DNA from: an uncultured Verrucomicrobiae bacterium
GTDB taxonomy: Bacteria; Verrucomicrobiota; Verrucomicrobiia; Limisphaerales; JAFGQR01
Assembly: GCA_963788655.1 (NCBI GenBank)
Contig: CAWBHS010000039.1
Coordinates: forward strand, 1 to 64,000
Direction: 5' to 3'
DNA length: 64,000 bases
Shown: positions 23,287 through 33,705 of the stretch, piece after piece
How positions within the stretch are numbered: position 1 is the stretch's first letter
Layout: every line of letters begins with the position of its first letter
Program-made: the position numbers and the translations under genes
Notes under the pieces: model-generated
Told to the model about the DNA's origin: nothing
The model's database searches: none
The model's input: only the letters and a program-made list of their open reading frames with translations

Positions 23287-23838
23287 TCAAAAGTTAAATC
23301 CTACTCCCAGCGAATAAACGAACTGGCCGCCACCGAAGTTGTTGTCCACCAGTTCAGGCTTATCGAACAGCCATTGGTATTCGCCCATGGCGAACAGGAA
23401 CGTCTTGGGTTTCACGTAGTATTTCAATCCGGCTTCCAGTCCGGCCGCCCCCGTGTCATGGACTCCTTTCCCATAAATGCCGCCGATGTTTCCGCCAACA
23501 AACGGCTGGAAGCGTTTCAAGTTCAAGTGCAGATCCAAGGCGCCCCGGGTCGAACCACTCCAGCCATTGTCACCCGGCACATCATAATAATTCACTCCTT
23601 GACGCACCGAGAATTCAAGGAAGTCGGTGAAGAAGTATCCGATAGAACCGTTGATGCCAAATTGGCCGGCGTCAAAATCGTTGTTGTTGTTTCCCGATCC
23701 GCCCAAGGTTAATTCCCAATCTCCTTTTTGTGGTCCAATGTATTCCAGCGGCCGTATGTTTTGGGCAGCGGCTGCCAGCGGAATAGCCGCCATCATCAAA
23801 CCTGTCATCCAAGCTCTTTTGCATCCTTTGTTGTTCAT
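23287..23838 (-). CDS. Outer membrane beta-barrel protein
   Basis: Signal peptide, alternating beta strands, FQPFVG, C-terminal YSLGVGFNF. Confidence 0.85.
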   Translation of the reverse strand: MNNKGCKRAWMTGLMMAAIPLAAAAQNIRPLEYIGPQKGDWELTLGGSGNNNNDFDAGQFGINGSIGYFFTDFLEFSVRQGVNYYDVPGDNGWSGSTRGALDLHLNLKRFQPFVGGNIGGIYGKGVHDTGAAGLEAGLKYYVKPKTFLFAMGEYQWLFDKPELVDNNFGGGQFVYSLGVGFNF

Positions 23839-23908
23839 AGCTTTCGTTCTGTTTAATTGTTTTATATCACTCGATTGCTGGTCATTTCTGACCAGCGCCA
23901 ATGGTCAA

Positions 23909-23924
23909 GGCATCATTGGTGCCA
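23909..23924 (-). promoter_or_regulatory. Sigma-54 promoter of the OMP gene
   Basis: TGGCACCAATGATGCC (GG-N10-GC). Confidence 0.6.
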
Positions 23925-23992
23925 ATCCCTCCCGATGGTCTAAAGCCGTTGTGCATCAATGTGCCTGCCCAACCCGCGAAGGAATACAGTCC

Positions 23993-24035
23993 TGCATGTT
24001 GCACGGCTCCTTGGAGACGAGGACTGCACCTTGCA
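23993..24035. promoter_or_regulatory. Paired TGCA-N3-TGCA candidate activator sites
   Basis: TGCATGTTGCA 23993-24003; TGCACCTTGCA 24025-24035. Confidence 0.55.
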
Positions 24036-24070
24036 CCCTCGACGCCGAGTGGTTTCATATCTTTGTTGCA

Positions 24071-24100
24071 TTGCTTTGAATTGCTTTGAATTGCTTTGAA
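24071..24100. repeat. 3 x TTGCTTTGAA tandem repeat
   Basis: Seen directly. Confidence 0.9.
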
Positions 24101-24132
24101 CTGAATGAAGGTGGTTGAACGGGGCTGCCATA

Positions 24133-24236
24133 CAGCTTGTTTTAAAATTCGGCGTGGTCCCGTTTTCACGGACCTCGTCACCTCGCCCCCGGCCAAAATC
24201 CCTCTCCGGGATCTCGCCCAATTTTAAGACAGGCCC
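24133..24236. mobile_element. Internally deleted copy of the 6868-7121 MITE
   Basis: CTTGTTTTAAAATTCGGCGTGGTCC ... CAAAATCCCTC ... CTCGCCCAATTTTAAGACAGGC. Confidence 0.7.
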
Positions 24237-24436
24237 TTATTCCTGTCGCGCGGCGACACCATGAAGGCAGTGTTGTGCATCAGGTCCAAGCAGTCCGCAT
24301 CCACCGACAGCCGTTCGTGAGGCATGCAAGCCAAGCAAGGTGATGGAACCAAGTCGATAAACTGAAAAACGGGTCACAAAGTGGACACTCATAGTCTTGG
24401 GAAACAGGAAACTGTTTACAAGTGCTTGGTACTTAC

Positions 24437-24482
24437 TGGCACGCCCGACAGGACTTGAACCTGTAACCCTCTGATCCGAAGT
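24437..24482 (-). repeat. Displaced 3' half of tRNA-Arg (att site)
   Basis: 46 nt with 5 mismatches to 40640-40685; similarity ends at the anticodon loop. Confidence 0.9.
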
Positions 24483-24576
24483 TCAGCACTTGACTGTCCT
24501 CACTTGTTCCATTAGGTTCGTTCTTCATCGCTTTTTATTGGCATTTATCGAAGTATTAACCGGATTTTGTAAAACC

Positions 24577-25968
24577 ATGAAGACACACAAGGGCACAGTT
24601 GAGACTAACGAAAAGGGGACAGTAAAGGGACAGACAAAAGCAACTGTCCCCCAACGAATCAAACGCCATCTTTCCAAGAATCATTCCGATTACTGGTGCT
24701 CGCGGCTCAGGAAACGGACGTACACTGACCGGAGCGGGAAGCTGGTCGAGATTGCTGATTGGCAAGTTCGCCTCAAAAAAGGTGGTCACGAAGGATGGTT
24801 CAACTTGGGCACCCCGAATCAGGCTGCTGCTGCCAAGAAGGCGAAACTAATCTACACATTCCTCGATGCAAACGGCTGGGACAAGGCCATCGCGGAATTC
24901 AAGCCTGATTCGGACGCGGCGCCCCGGCTGCATCTCACTGTCGGCGACTATCTCCGTGCGGTCGAAAGCACGGGGCAGCTTCGCCTCCGCACCTTCTTGA
25001 ATTACCGGAACTGTTTCCGCACGATTCTCAGCGAAATCTTCGGCATCAGGGGCAACGCATCCAAATACGACTACCGCAGCGCCGACAACGGCAACCGCAA
25101 ATGGGCCGAGCGCATTCACAAAATTCGATTGGAGCGCGTCACCTCGGCCCGCATCACGCACTGGCAGCAAAGCCGTCTCAAAAAGGCTGGGCATTCTCCA
25201 ACCGCCATTGCTTCGGCCAAACGCACCGCCAACAGCTACGTCCGTTGCGCCCGCAGTCTGTTCAGCCGCGACCTTTGCAAACGGCTCAAAGGGGTCACGC
25301 TGCCGAGTCCGCCGCCCTTTGCCGGCGTGGAACTCTTCGATTCCGGCAGCATGAAATACGTCTCCAAGGTGAACGTGCATTCGCTCATCGCTGCGGCTAA
25401 AGCGGAACTGAAGGCAGTCGAGCCGGAAGCCTATAAAGCGTTTCTTCTTGGTCTGTTCGCCGGCATGCGGAAGAGCGAAATTGACCTGCTGGAATGGCGA
25501 ATGGTGGACTGGCACCACCATGTCATTCGACTGGAAGAAACCGAGTGGCTGCAACTTAAAACCCAGGACAGCGCGGGCGAGATCACGATTGATCCGGAAG
25601 TGAGCGCCGAGTTGCGCGAGTTCAAATCCGGCAGTCAGTCGCCGTTCATCATCGCCAGCGACCGCCCGCCGCGCAACGACTCGGCCCGCATCTACTACCG
25701 CTGCAAACCTACTTTTGACCGGCTCAACGGGTGGCTACGTTCCAAGGGAGTGACCGCCAACAAGCCACTGCACGAACTGCGAAAGGAAATCGGCGCGTTA
25801 GTGGCCACAGAGCACGGCATTTACGCAGCCAGCACGTTTCTGCGGCACTCCGACATCACCACCACCGCGCGGCATTACGCACAACACAAGGCCCGCATTT
25901 CTGTGGGGCTGGGCAAACTGTTGGATACTGAAATCGCAACCGCTGAGACAAACGCGACCGGCGCGTAA
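24577..25968 (+). CDS. int: Tyrosine recombinase/integrase (exact start uncertain)
   Basis: GMRKSEI, LHELRKE, LRHSDITTTARHY catalytic motifs. Confidence 0.9.
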   Translation: MKTHKGTVETNEKGTVKGQTKATVPQRIKRHLSKNHSDYWCSRLRKRTYTDRSGKLVEIADWQVRLKKGGHEGWFNLGTPNQAAAAKKAKLIYTFLDANGWDKAIAEFKPDSDAAPRLHLTVGDYLRAVESTGQLRLRTFLNYRNCFRTILSEIFGIRGNASKYDYRSADNGNRKWAERIHKIRLERVTSARITHWQQSRLKKAGHSPTAIASAKRTANSYVRCARSLFSRDLCKRLKGVTLPSPPPFAGVELFDSGSMKYVSKVNVHSLIAAAKAELKAVEPEAYKAFLLGLFAGMRKSEIDLLEWRMVDWHHHVIRLEETEWLQLKTQDSAGEITIDPEVSAELREFKSGSQSPFIIASDRPPRNDSARIYYRCKPTFDRLNGWLRSKGVTANKPLHELRKEIGALVATEHGIYAASTFLRHSDITTTARHYAQHKARISVGLGKLLDTEIATAETNATGA

Positions 25969-26950
25969 CGGCAAAACTATGACCAAAGAAAGTCATATCG
26001 CTGAGCGGCTCAAAATGGAACTACTCGGGAAAATCCGCTTACGGATCCCGCTGACTTGCGGGCGTCTTGGAAACCAGAGCATTGGCCAAAACCCGATCTG
26101 GTCGAATTGGCTAAATGTAAATCGAGCCCGCTGGCCTCTGCTCTGAAGCTGCTCTCGCCCGATCTGCTGGCTCAGGCGTCCGCCCAACTCGATCCCTTCG
26201 GCTGGTTGCTGGCTGCGGTTGACGTGACTGCGTGGAGGAAGTATTGCGACAAGCATCATGCGCCTTGGATGTCCCGATATGGCTGGCCACTGCCAGTCAG
26301 TTGCGTGCCCGAAGCAGACTCGTCCACAAGGCCCACGGCTGGGGTAAAACATGGGAAGACCTGCGGCGAAGCCAGGACAAACCCGACCAACTGCGCTACG
26401 CAGAAGATCACTTTTTTGCCGAGTTGAGCCACGCGAATGAAACAAAACGAGCCGAAATGCTCGCATTACCGGGGCTTGAAGAAAGGCTGGCAAGGCTCGG
26501 CAGGAAGGAGACGAAGCGTTTCTTCGGCGGTTTCGTCGAGCCAGGCAAGGGAAAGAATTCCTGGCTGGTGTGGCGAACGCCGAAAAGTCGCAGTGCAGTA
26601 CTGCTTGAACTGCCAGGGATTGCCCGGCTTGTGCTTTTTCGTGACGCCACGGCCAATTCTTATTGAAGTTTTGTGGACTGAGGCCCGGAAACAGAGTCCG
26701 ACGAAACGACTTCGCGTGGCTCGGTTTGATCCAGGCCGGTACCAAGCGACACTTCATTGAGAAGTGGGCACTACAACTCACCAGTGACTCTCAGTGGAAG
26801 AATTATGCGGACGACGTGGATCGTTAGGGGTACGTGGAATTGGAATAAACGGCAATTGTGGCCAAAGTCTGGTTAGGGGTGGGGCGGACAAATCTGCACA
26901 TCATTGGCCGGCCAAGTGTTGTATCTGTCGCTAGTAATGGAACAGATACG

Positions 26951-27110
26951 ATGAAAGACCAATTAGTCGAACCAGCAATCAAGCCGGGCCGCAGGCCCAG
27001 CCAGCGTTCAATCCCACCGGGCTGTGGACACCGAAGCAGGCCGCCATACGGCAATTAGCAATCCCGGCAGCATCGTGCGGGCCTTTCGTCGGGCGAGCTC
27101 CGCGGCTACA
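26951..27110 (+). pseudogene. Possible excisionase-like HTH, frameshifted
   Basis: LWTPKQAA in a shifted frame; lies between integrase and primase. Confidence 0.3.
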
Positions 27111-27373
27111 AATGAATGCGTCGGCCGGACGCTTGAACCTGCCGACATGGAAGCTTGGCTCCTTGCCTCGCGCGTTGGCGGCTAGTCCAGTAAGGAGGCG
27201 TTTGATGACAGGACAAGCCCCCCCACGGCCAAGCCAACGCAGATCGCTATGCGCATCAGCTTCGCACCTGCACCCATGCTGTTGCCCGCCATCGTGTTCA
27301 ACCGCAGGCTGATTAGTTATGCTCCTGTCGTCGTTAAGCGATACATCGCCTCTGCCACAATCGCGTGAGGCGA

Positions 27374-29300
27374 ATGACCGCCCCTGAATTCGTTTCGCGG
27401 CTGGGACCAATGGCAAAGCCAAAGGCCAACGGCGCTGGTGGTTGGTTTGCTGCCGGCGCACGACGACAAAAAGCCCAGCCTCTCGGTCACCAACGGTGCT
27501 GACGGTCGCGTATTGCTGCACTGCCATGCCGTTTGTCCCGGAAGCCATCGTCGCCGCCTGCGGTTTCAAGATGTCAGACTTGTCCGCCAGGAACTGGGGG
27601 CACCGCTACGATTAACGCCGCATCATTGACACCTATGACTACGTCAACACGGACGGAACCCTGGTCTTTCGGGTTGTTCGTTACAAGCCAAAGGGTTCAG
27701 ACAACGACGCCCTGATCCCGATAAGGAAGGCGGTGGCTCTGGAACCTCAACGGCGTCGAGCGCGTTCTGTTTCGGCTGCCCGCAGTGATCAAAGCCGTTG
27801 CCGAACACGAGCCCATTTTCGTCGCCGAGGGTGAGAAGACACGACGCACTCGTCAAAGCTGGCTGCTACGCAACCTGCAACAGTGGCGGAGCCGGTAAAT
27901 GGCAGACAGCTACACAGCCACGCTAAAGGGTGCGCAGGTGGTCGTCATCCCCGACAAAGACGTGCCCGAACGGAAGCACGCCCAAGCCGTACGACCGCTC
28001 TGAACGGCACGGCAGCGGGCATCAAAGTCATCGAACTGCCCGACCTGGACAGGCGCCCTGTCGAAGACGCTTCCGACTGGCTTTCATTCGGTGGACAGAC
28101 ATCGACCTAAAAGAAATGGCCGAATCGCGCCCGATGGACAGCAGCCAGCGCGACGAGACACTCCAAACCATCGAAACCGGCAGTTTGAATAGTGCGATGG
28201 GGAATGTCGGGAGGATCGAATCCGGCACCGTAGCAGCCCAATACGTTGGACCGGAAGCGGCGACACTACAGCGAAAATCGCCGGCAGCAGCGCGACCGAT
28301 AAATTGAAACGCTGGTAGCCCGTCCGCTGTTCGCCATTCCGATGCCTTCTGCCAACAACGCGGACAAGTTGCTGCGCCACAATTACCTTTGCGAGGCGGG
28401 GAATGCTACTGGCAGCCCCGACCGGCGTAGGAAAATCGTCCTTCGTACTCAAGCGGCAATTACGTGGGCCTTGGCGAACCACTTCGGCATTGGCCCGCAT
28501 CGAACCGACGATTAAAACCTAATCCTCCAGGCCGAGAATGACGATAAAGACATACGCAAATGCGCGAAGGCATTGCAACCGCACTGCGACTCTCCGATGC
28601 TGACCGATCCGCCCTCCTTGAAAGCGTCTGGATTCATTGCGATCTGGCAAGATGGGCCCTCCGTTTTTTTCTGACGTAGCCCGCCTACTGCTGGAAAGCG
28701 TCAGCCTGACATCATTGTTGTTAACCCGGTCTTCGCTTATCTCGGTGCAAACGCATCCGACCAGAAAAAGTCTCCCAATGGCCCGCTCCTATCTCGCACC
28801 TGTTCCACGAATTGAATGCGCGGCGATACTCGTCATCACGCGAGAAAACCACTATCAGGTAGGAAACCGAACTGGCAGGCTGGGATTTCGCATACCTCGG
28901 TTCAGGATGAACGGTGGGCCAATGGCCGAGGGCGGTTCTCGCCATCAGTTCATCGGCATCCACAGCATTTTTCAGCTTCATGCTGCCGAGCGCGGTGCGC
29001 GGCTCCGCTGGCGGAATGAAGACGGTTGGCCAGTTTCGAACGAATGATGGCCCACGCCAAAAACCGGCTCTATTTTCTGGCGTGGCGCCGAGTCGGACGA
29101 AGTCACCACCGGCGGTCGATCCAAGCGTATAACGTTGGCAGTTTAGTCGAGTTGTTGCCCCAGACGGGCTCAAACCACAGAGTGGAAAACGGAGACTGAA
29201 ACGGAGTTGGGCATCGGGAAACCAAATAGTTCGAGCTTAAAAATAGCGCACAGAAGAACCGGAAGGCATTTCACTCAAAGGTCACTAAACGTGGACCGGA
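27374..29300 (+). pseudogene. Primase (Zn finger + TOPRIM) / AAA helicase, heavily frameshifted; end approximate
   Basis: Across frames: CCPAHDDKKPSLSV..LLHCHA, DTYDY..VVRY, IFVAEGEK, GGAGKW, VVVIPDKD; Walker A APTGVGKSS near 28415; LQAEND. Confidence 0.7.
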
Positions 29301-29829
29301 GTGCCGAACACCGAACCCAGATCGGAACCTGTGGACTCCCCGTGCGAACCAATTGGTCCGTTAAGTCCGGAAATTTCGAAACTCCTTTAGGAACCGGTAG
29401 GTCCGTTAAGTCCGCCGCTTTATAAGGCGGACCTAGCGGACGAACCTGTGTTGAACCATCTACTAAAAACCACCACGGACGACCGGGCTGGCTCTGCACA
29501 CCACGCGGACGCCCAGTGTTAAACTGCCATACGTTACTTCATGTAAGCAGCACGGAGCAAACGGCAAACAGTTTCACTCCAGGACAATCACTTCGAAGCC
29601 CCGCGTTTTCGCTCCTTCGCTCGGGGGCGGCGACTCCCCGGAAGCGGGATTCCCAATAGCACGCGCCACTGGTCGAATAGCCGCTGGCGCGCTGTCGATA
29701 GCTGATGCCACGCGTGGCTTGACGCCACTGCTCGAGCTGGTCGCCGGCGCGCGCAACCTGGCGTTCGAGCCCGCCCATCGAAGCTGCGCATGGATTTGTC
29801 CTGCCGTCATTTGCCGGCCAAATCGGGCA

Positions 29830-30024
29830 TTACGGCGAAGGGCCGGTCGGGGGGCCGGTGGCTCTTCGATTACGGTACTGCCAGCGTGTACGGGCCGCCG
29901 TCCATTGCCCGTCCCAACACCAGGACCGGACGGTCTGATGCGGAATACCGTGCTGGGCGGCGATTTCCGGCCGTGATCCGCGCCCTTCGACGTAATCCCG
30001 GCGGCAATCCAGCCGGACGGCCAT
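29830..30024 (-). CDS. Small HTH protein
   Basis: RDYVEGRGSRPEIAAQHGIPHQTVRSWC..GQW. Confidence 0.35.
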   Translation of the reverse strand: MAVRLDCRRDYVEGRGSRPEIAAQHGIPHQTVRSWCWDGQWTAARTRWQYRNRRATGPPTGPSP

Positions 30025-30270
30025 CGGATGGTGTCGGGTGCGTTTTGATGTAATCAGTGGCAATTTGCTCCAACAGTAACCCTTGGCCGCACAATGTCCA
30101 TGGACCGTCATTCCACACCTTGGCCGACACTTATTGGTTGACGATTCACGGCGTATTCCCTCCCCGGTCCTGCGTGGTTGACCCTGATGAATCCCTATTA
30201 ATGTCTTTGTGTCCCTGCACCGTCTTGGTACTGTCCCCGCCCTGATGGCGGCTAAAACGGGTCTTTGGCG

Positions 30271-32299
30271 ATGAATAACTTTGGCGAAAAGGTCAACTTT
30301 CTGTGGTCCATTGCGGAACTGCTCCGGGACCGCTTCAAACGAGGCAAATACGCCGATGTCATCCTGCCCTTCACCGCCCTGCGCCGGATTGATTGCGTGC
30401 TCGCGCCGACCAAGGAAAAAGTGCTGGCCACCTACGGCAAACTGAAAGGCAAACTCGAAAACCTCGATCCCCAACTGCGCAAGGCGTCCGGGTTCGCCTT
30501 CTACGACGCCAGCCAATACGACTTCGAGAAACTGCTCGATGACGCCCCCGATCTGGCCGCCAACCTCGCGGCGTACATCAATTCCTTTTCCCCGAACATG
30601 CGGGAAGTGCTGGAGAAGTTCGATTTCTACAACACCATCGCCAAACTGGACGAACCCGGCTGCTTACCTCGTCATGGAGCGGTTTGCCAGCGACACCATC
30701 GATCTCCATCCCGACGTGGTTTCCAATCGCCGAAATGGGCTACGTCTTAGAGGAACTCGTTCGCCGCTTAAATGAAGCCCTCGACGAGAACCCCGGCGAA
30801 CGCTTTACCCCTCGCGAAGTCGTCCGCCTGATGGTCCTGCTGGTCATCATGGTGGACCTGGACATACGCAAACAGGAACACATCATCCGCACGGTTTGCG
30901 ATCCCTGTTGCGGCACCGGCGGCATGGTCACCATTGCCAAGGATCAGATTCCGAAATCAATCCCCACGCCGACACCATCATGTTCGGCCAGGAATCCCAG
31001 CCCGAAACCTTCGCCCTGTGCAAAGGCGGATCTGTACATGAAATGCACCGATGGACGGGACGCCGAAAACATCAAATACGGCAGCACCATGTCCAATTGA
31101 CCAATTGCCGAGATCGTTGTTACGATTATCAATTGCCGACCCTCCCTACGGCAAGGATTGGAAGAACGAGGCGGAACACATGGAAGGCGAAGCCGCTCGC
31201 GGGTACGCGGGCCGTTTCGGGGCCGGTCTGCCTCGCATCAGCGATGGCACTGCAGTTTCTCCAGCACATGTTTCGCGGATGAAACCGGCCCGCAAGGCGG
31301 AGGGCGGATGGCGATCGTAGTGAACGGATCGCTGCTGTCACGGGCGATGCCGGGAGCGGGGAAGCGAAATCCGCCGTTGGATTCTGGAAAGCGACTGGCT
31401 CGAAGCCATCGTCGCCTTGCCCGACCAGCTCTTTACAACACCGGCATCAGCACCTATGTCTGGATCGTGACCAACCGCAAGGAGCCGCGCCGAAAGGCCA
31501 GGTCCAATTGATCGATGCATCGAAATCTGGATTCCCATGCGTAAAAGCCTGGGCAACAAGCGCCACGAAATTCCGCCGAGCAAATCCAGCAGGTCACCCA
31601 GGTCTATCTGGATTTCCAGGCCGGGAACATAGCAGGATTTCCAAACCACCGATTTCGGTTATCGCAAGGTCACCATCGAGCGCCCGCTGCGCTTGAACTT
31701 CCAATCCAGCCTGGAACGGATCGAGCGGCTCAACGAACAGAGCGCTTTCCAAAACTTGGCGATCAGCAAAAGAAGGACCCAACCAAGGCCGCTGAAGAAG
31801 CCACAGGCCGCAAGCAACAAGAAAGCATCTGGCGTATAAAAGGACGCTGCCGGGGACCGTGCCCAAGGATCGCACCGAAGTCCTGACCGTGTTTGAAAAC
31901 GCGCTCAACAAGGCGAAGCTCAAGCTGGCCGCCACACTGCGCAAAGCCGTCTTGAAGGCGCTTCGGAGAACGATGACACGGCCGAAATATGCAGGGATGG
32001 CAACGGGAATCCTGAGGCCGATACCGATTTGCGGGATAAGGAAAACGTGCCGTTGCTGGACAGAGATCCATGGGTTATTCGAAACCGGGAAGTGAAACCA
32101 CATGTGCCGGACGCCTGGGTAAATCAGACTGTCGGTGGATCCCAAAGATGGTGAGATTGGCCGGGTCGGGTACGAGATCAATTTCAATCGCTATTTTTAC
32201 ACCTACTTGCCGACCTCCGCCGCTGAAGAGATTCGAGAGGCTAATCAAGACCCTGGAAAAAGGGAAATCATGGCCATGCTCAAAGACATCACCCAATGA
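30271..32299 (+). CDS. hsdM: Type I R-M methyltransferase subunit, many frameshifts
   Basis: FLWSIAELLR, VILPFTALRRIDCVL, FTPREVV, DPCCGTGGM, PPYGKDW, YNTGISTYVW, VGYEINFNRYFY. Confidence 0.9.
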
Positions 32300-33661
32300 G
32301 CACCGGGTTGAAGCCGTATCCCAGTTACAAGGACTCCGGCGTCGAGTGGCTTGGGGACATCCCAGAGCATTGGGAAGCTGTCAGAATTAAATGGCTTGTC
32401 TCAAAAATTGGCAGCGGGAAATACCACCCAAGGGTGGAGCGCAAATATATTCTGACTCAGGGGTGTTATTCTTGTTCGTAGTCAAAACGTTCATTTCGAT
32501 GGATTGAAATTAAACGACGCTGCTCTACATTGATGATGCGATTGATGTAGAGATGAAGTCATCGAGGGTTCAACCCCGTGATGTCCTTTTGAACATCACC
32601 GGCGCATCATTGGGGGCAGATGTTGTTCAGTTCCGTGATACACAGCAAGCGAATGTAAATCAGCATGTCTGCATCATTCGTCCACTTCATCGGCGAATTG
32701 AAACGGTGTTCTTGACTGGCAGCCTTTCATCTCCGTCCGGTTCAAGCTCAAATATTCGCCGATGAAGTTGGCACATCCCGTGAAGGATTGGCATTCGACA
32801 AGGTTGCAAATTTTGTGGTCGCCCTGCCAATTGATTTGGCCGAACAAACCGCCATCGCCGATTTCCTCGACCGTGAAACAGGGAAGCTTGATGCGTTGGT
32901 GAAGAAGAAGGAGCGGTTGATCGAGTTGTTGCAGGAAAAGCGCACGGCCCTGATCAGCCACGCCGTCACCAAAGGACTCGATCCCACCGTGCCCATGAAG
33001 GATTCGGGCGTCGAGTGGCTGGGGGAAGTCCCGAGAGCACTGGGAGGTCATGCCTTTTAAGAACCTTTTCCGACTCATCTATCGATACCCTACCTACTAC
33101 AATATCAAATACGTGAATTCTGGTGTGCTCGAAATACGAGGCGAAGCTCTGACAAATGATGGTCGGATTGCCCGGCTTGATGATGAGCGCTATATCGCCA
33201 AAGAAACCAGTGCTCTTTTTCCGCGCACTGTATTGGAACTTGGTGACATTGTGATGTCGGTGCGTGGCACAATGGGCAAAATTGGGGTAGTTGAGCAAGA
33301 CTGTGTTGGCGGCAATATCACTGCTAACTTGCTCCGCTTGTCTCCGAAGCGAACTGTAACATCCGGTCATTTTTTGAGATGGCTATTATTGAGCACATAC
33401 TTCGGTCAGTCCTTGGATCGTTGTGCCCCACAGACCACAATCAAAACCGTGACTATTCCTCAACTTTCTCAAATTGGGCTTCCGGTTCCGCCTTTTGGAG
33501 AGCAGCTAACTGTCGTCGATTTTCTTGACCAAGAAACCACGAGACTCGACGCCCTCGCCGCCAAAGTCCGCACCGCCATCGAGCGGTTGCAGGAATATCG
33601 AACGGCGCTAATCTCGGCGGCAGTCACGGGGAAAATCGATGTCAGGAATCAAATCGAATGA
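32296..33661 (+). CDS. hsdS: Type I R-M specificity subunit, frameshifted
   Basis: Two KDSGVEWLG repeats, [32 protein letters not shown]-richer TRDs. Confidence 0.9.
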
Positions 33662-33705
33662 GTGATATAAAGCTATTCCAGATCAACGGTACCTAAGGGC
33701 GGTTA

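Noticed and set aside
24437..24486. Second complete tRNA gene
   Set aside because: Only the 3' half is present; no D arm or 5' acceptor strand.
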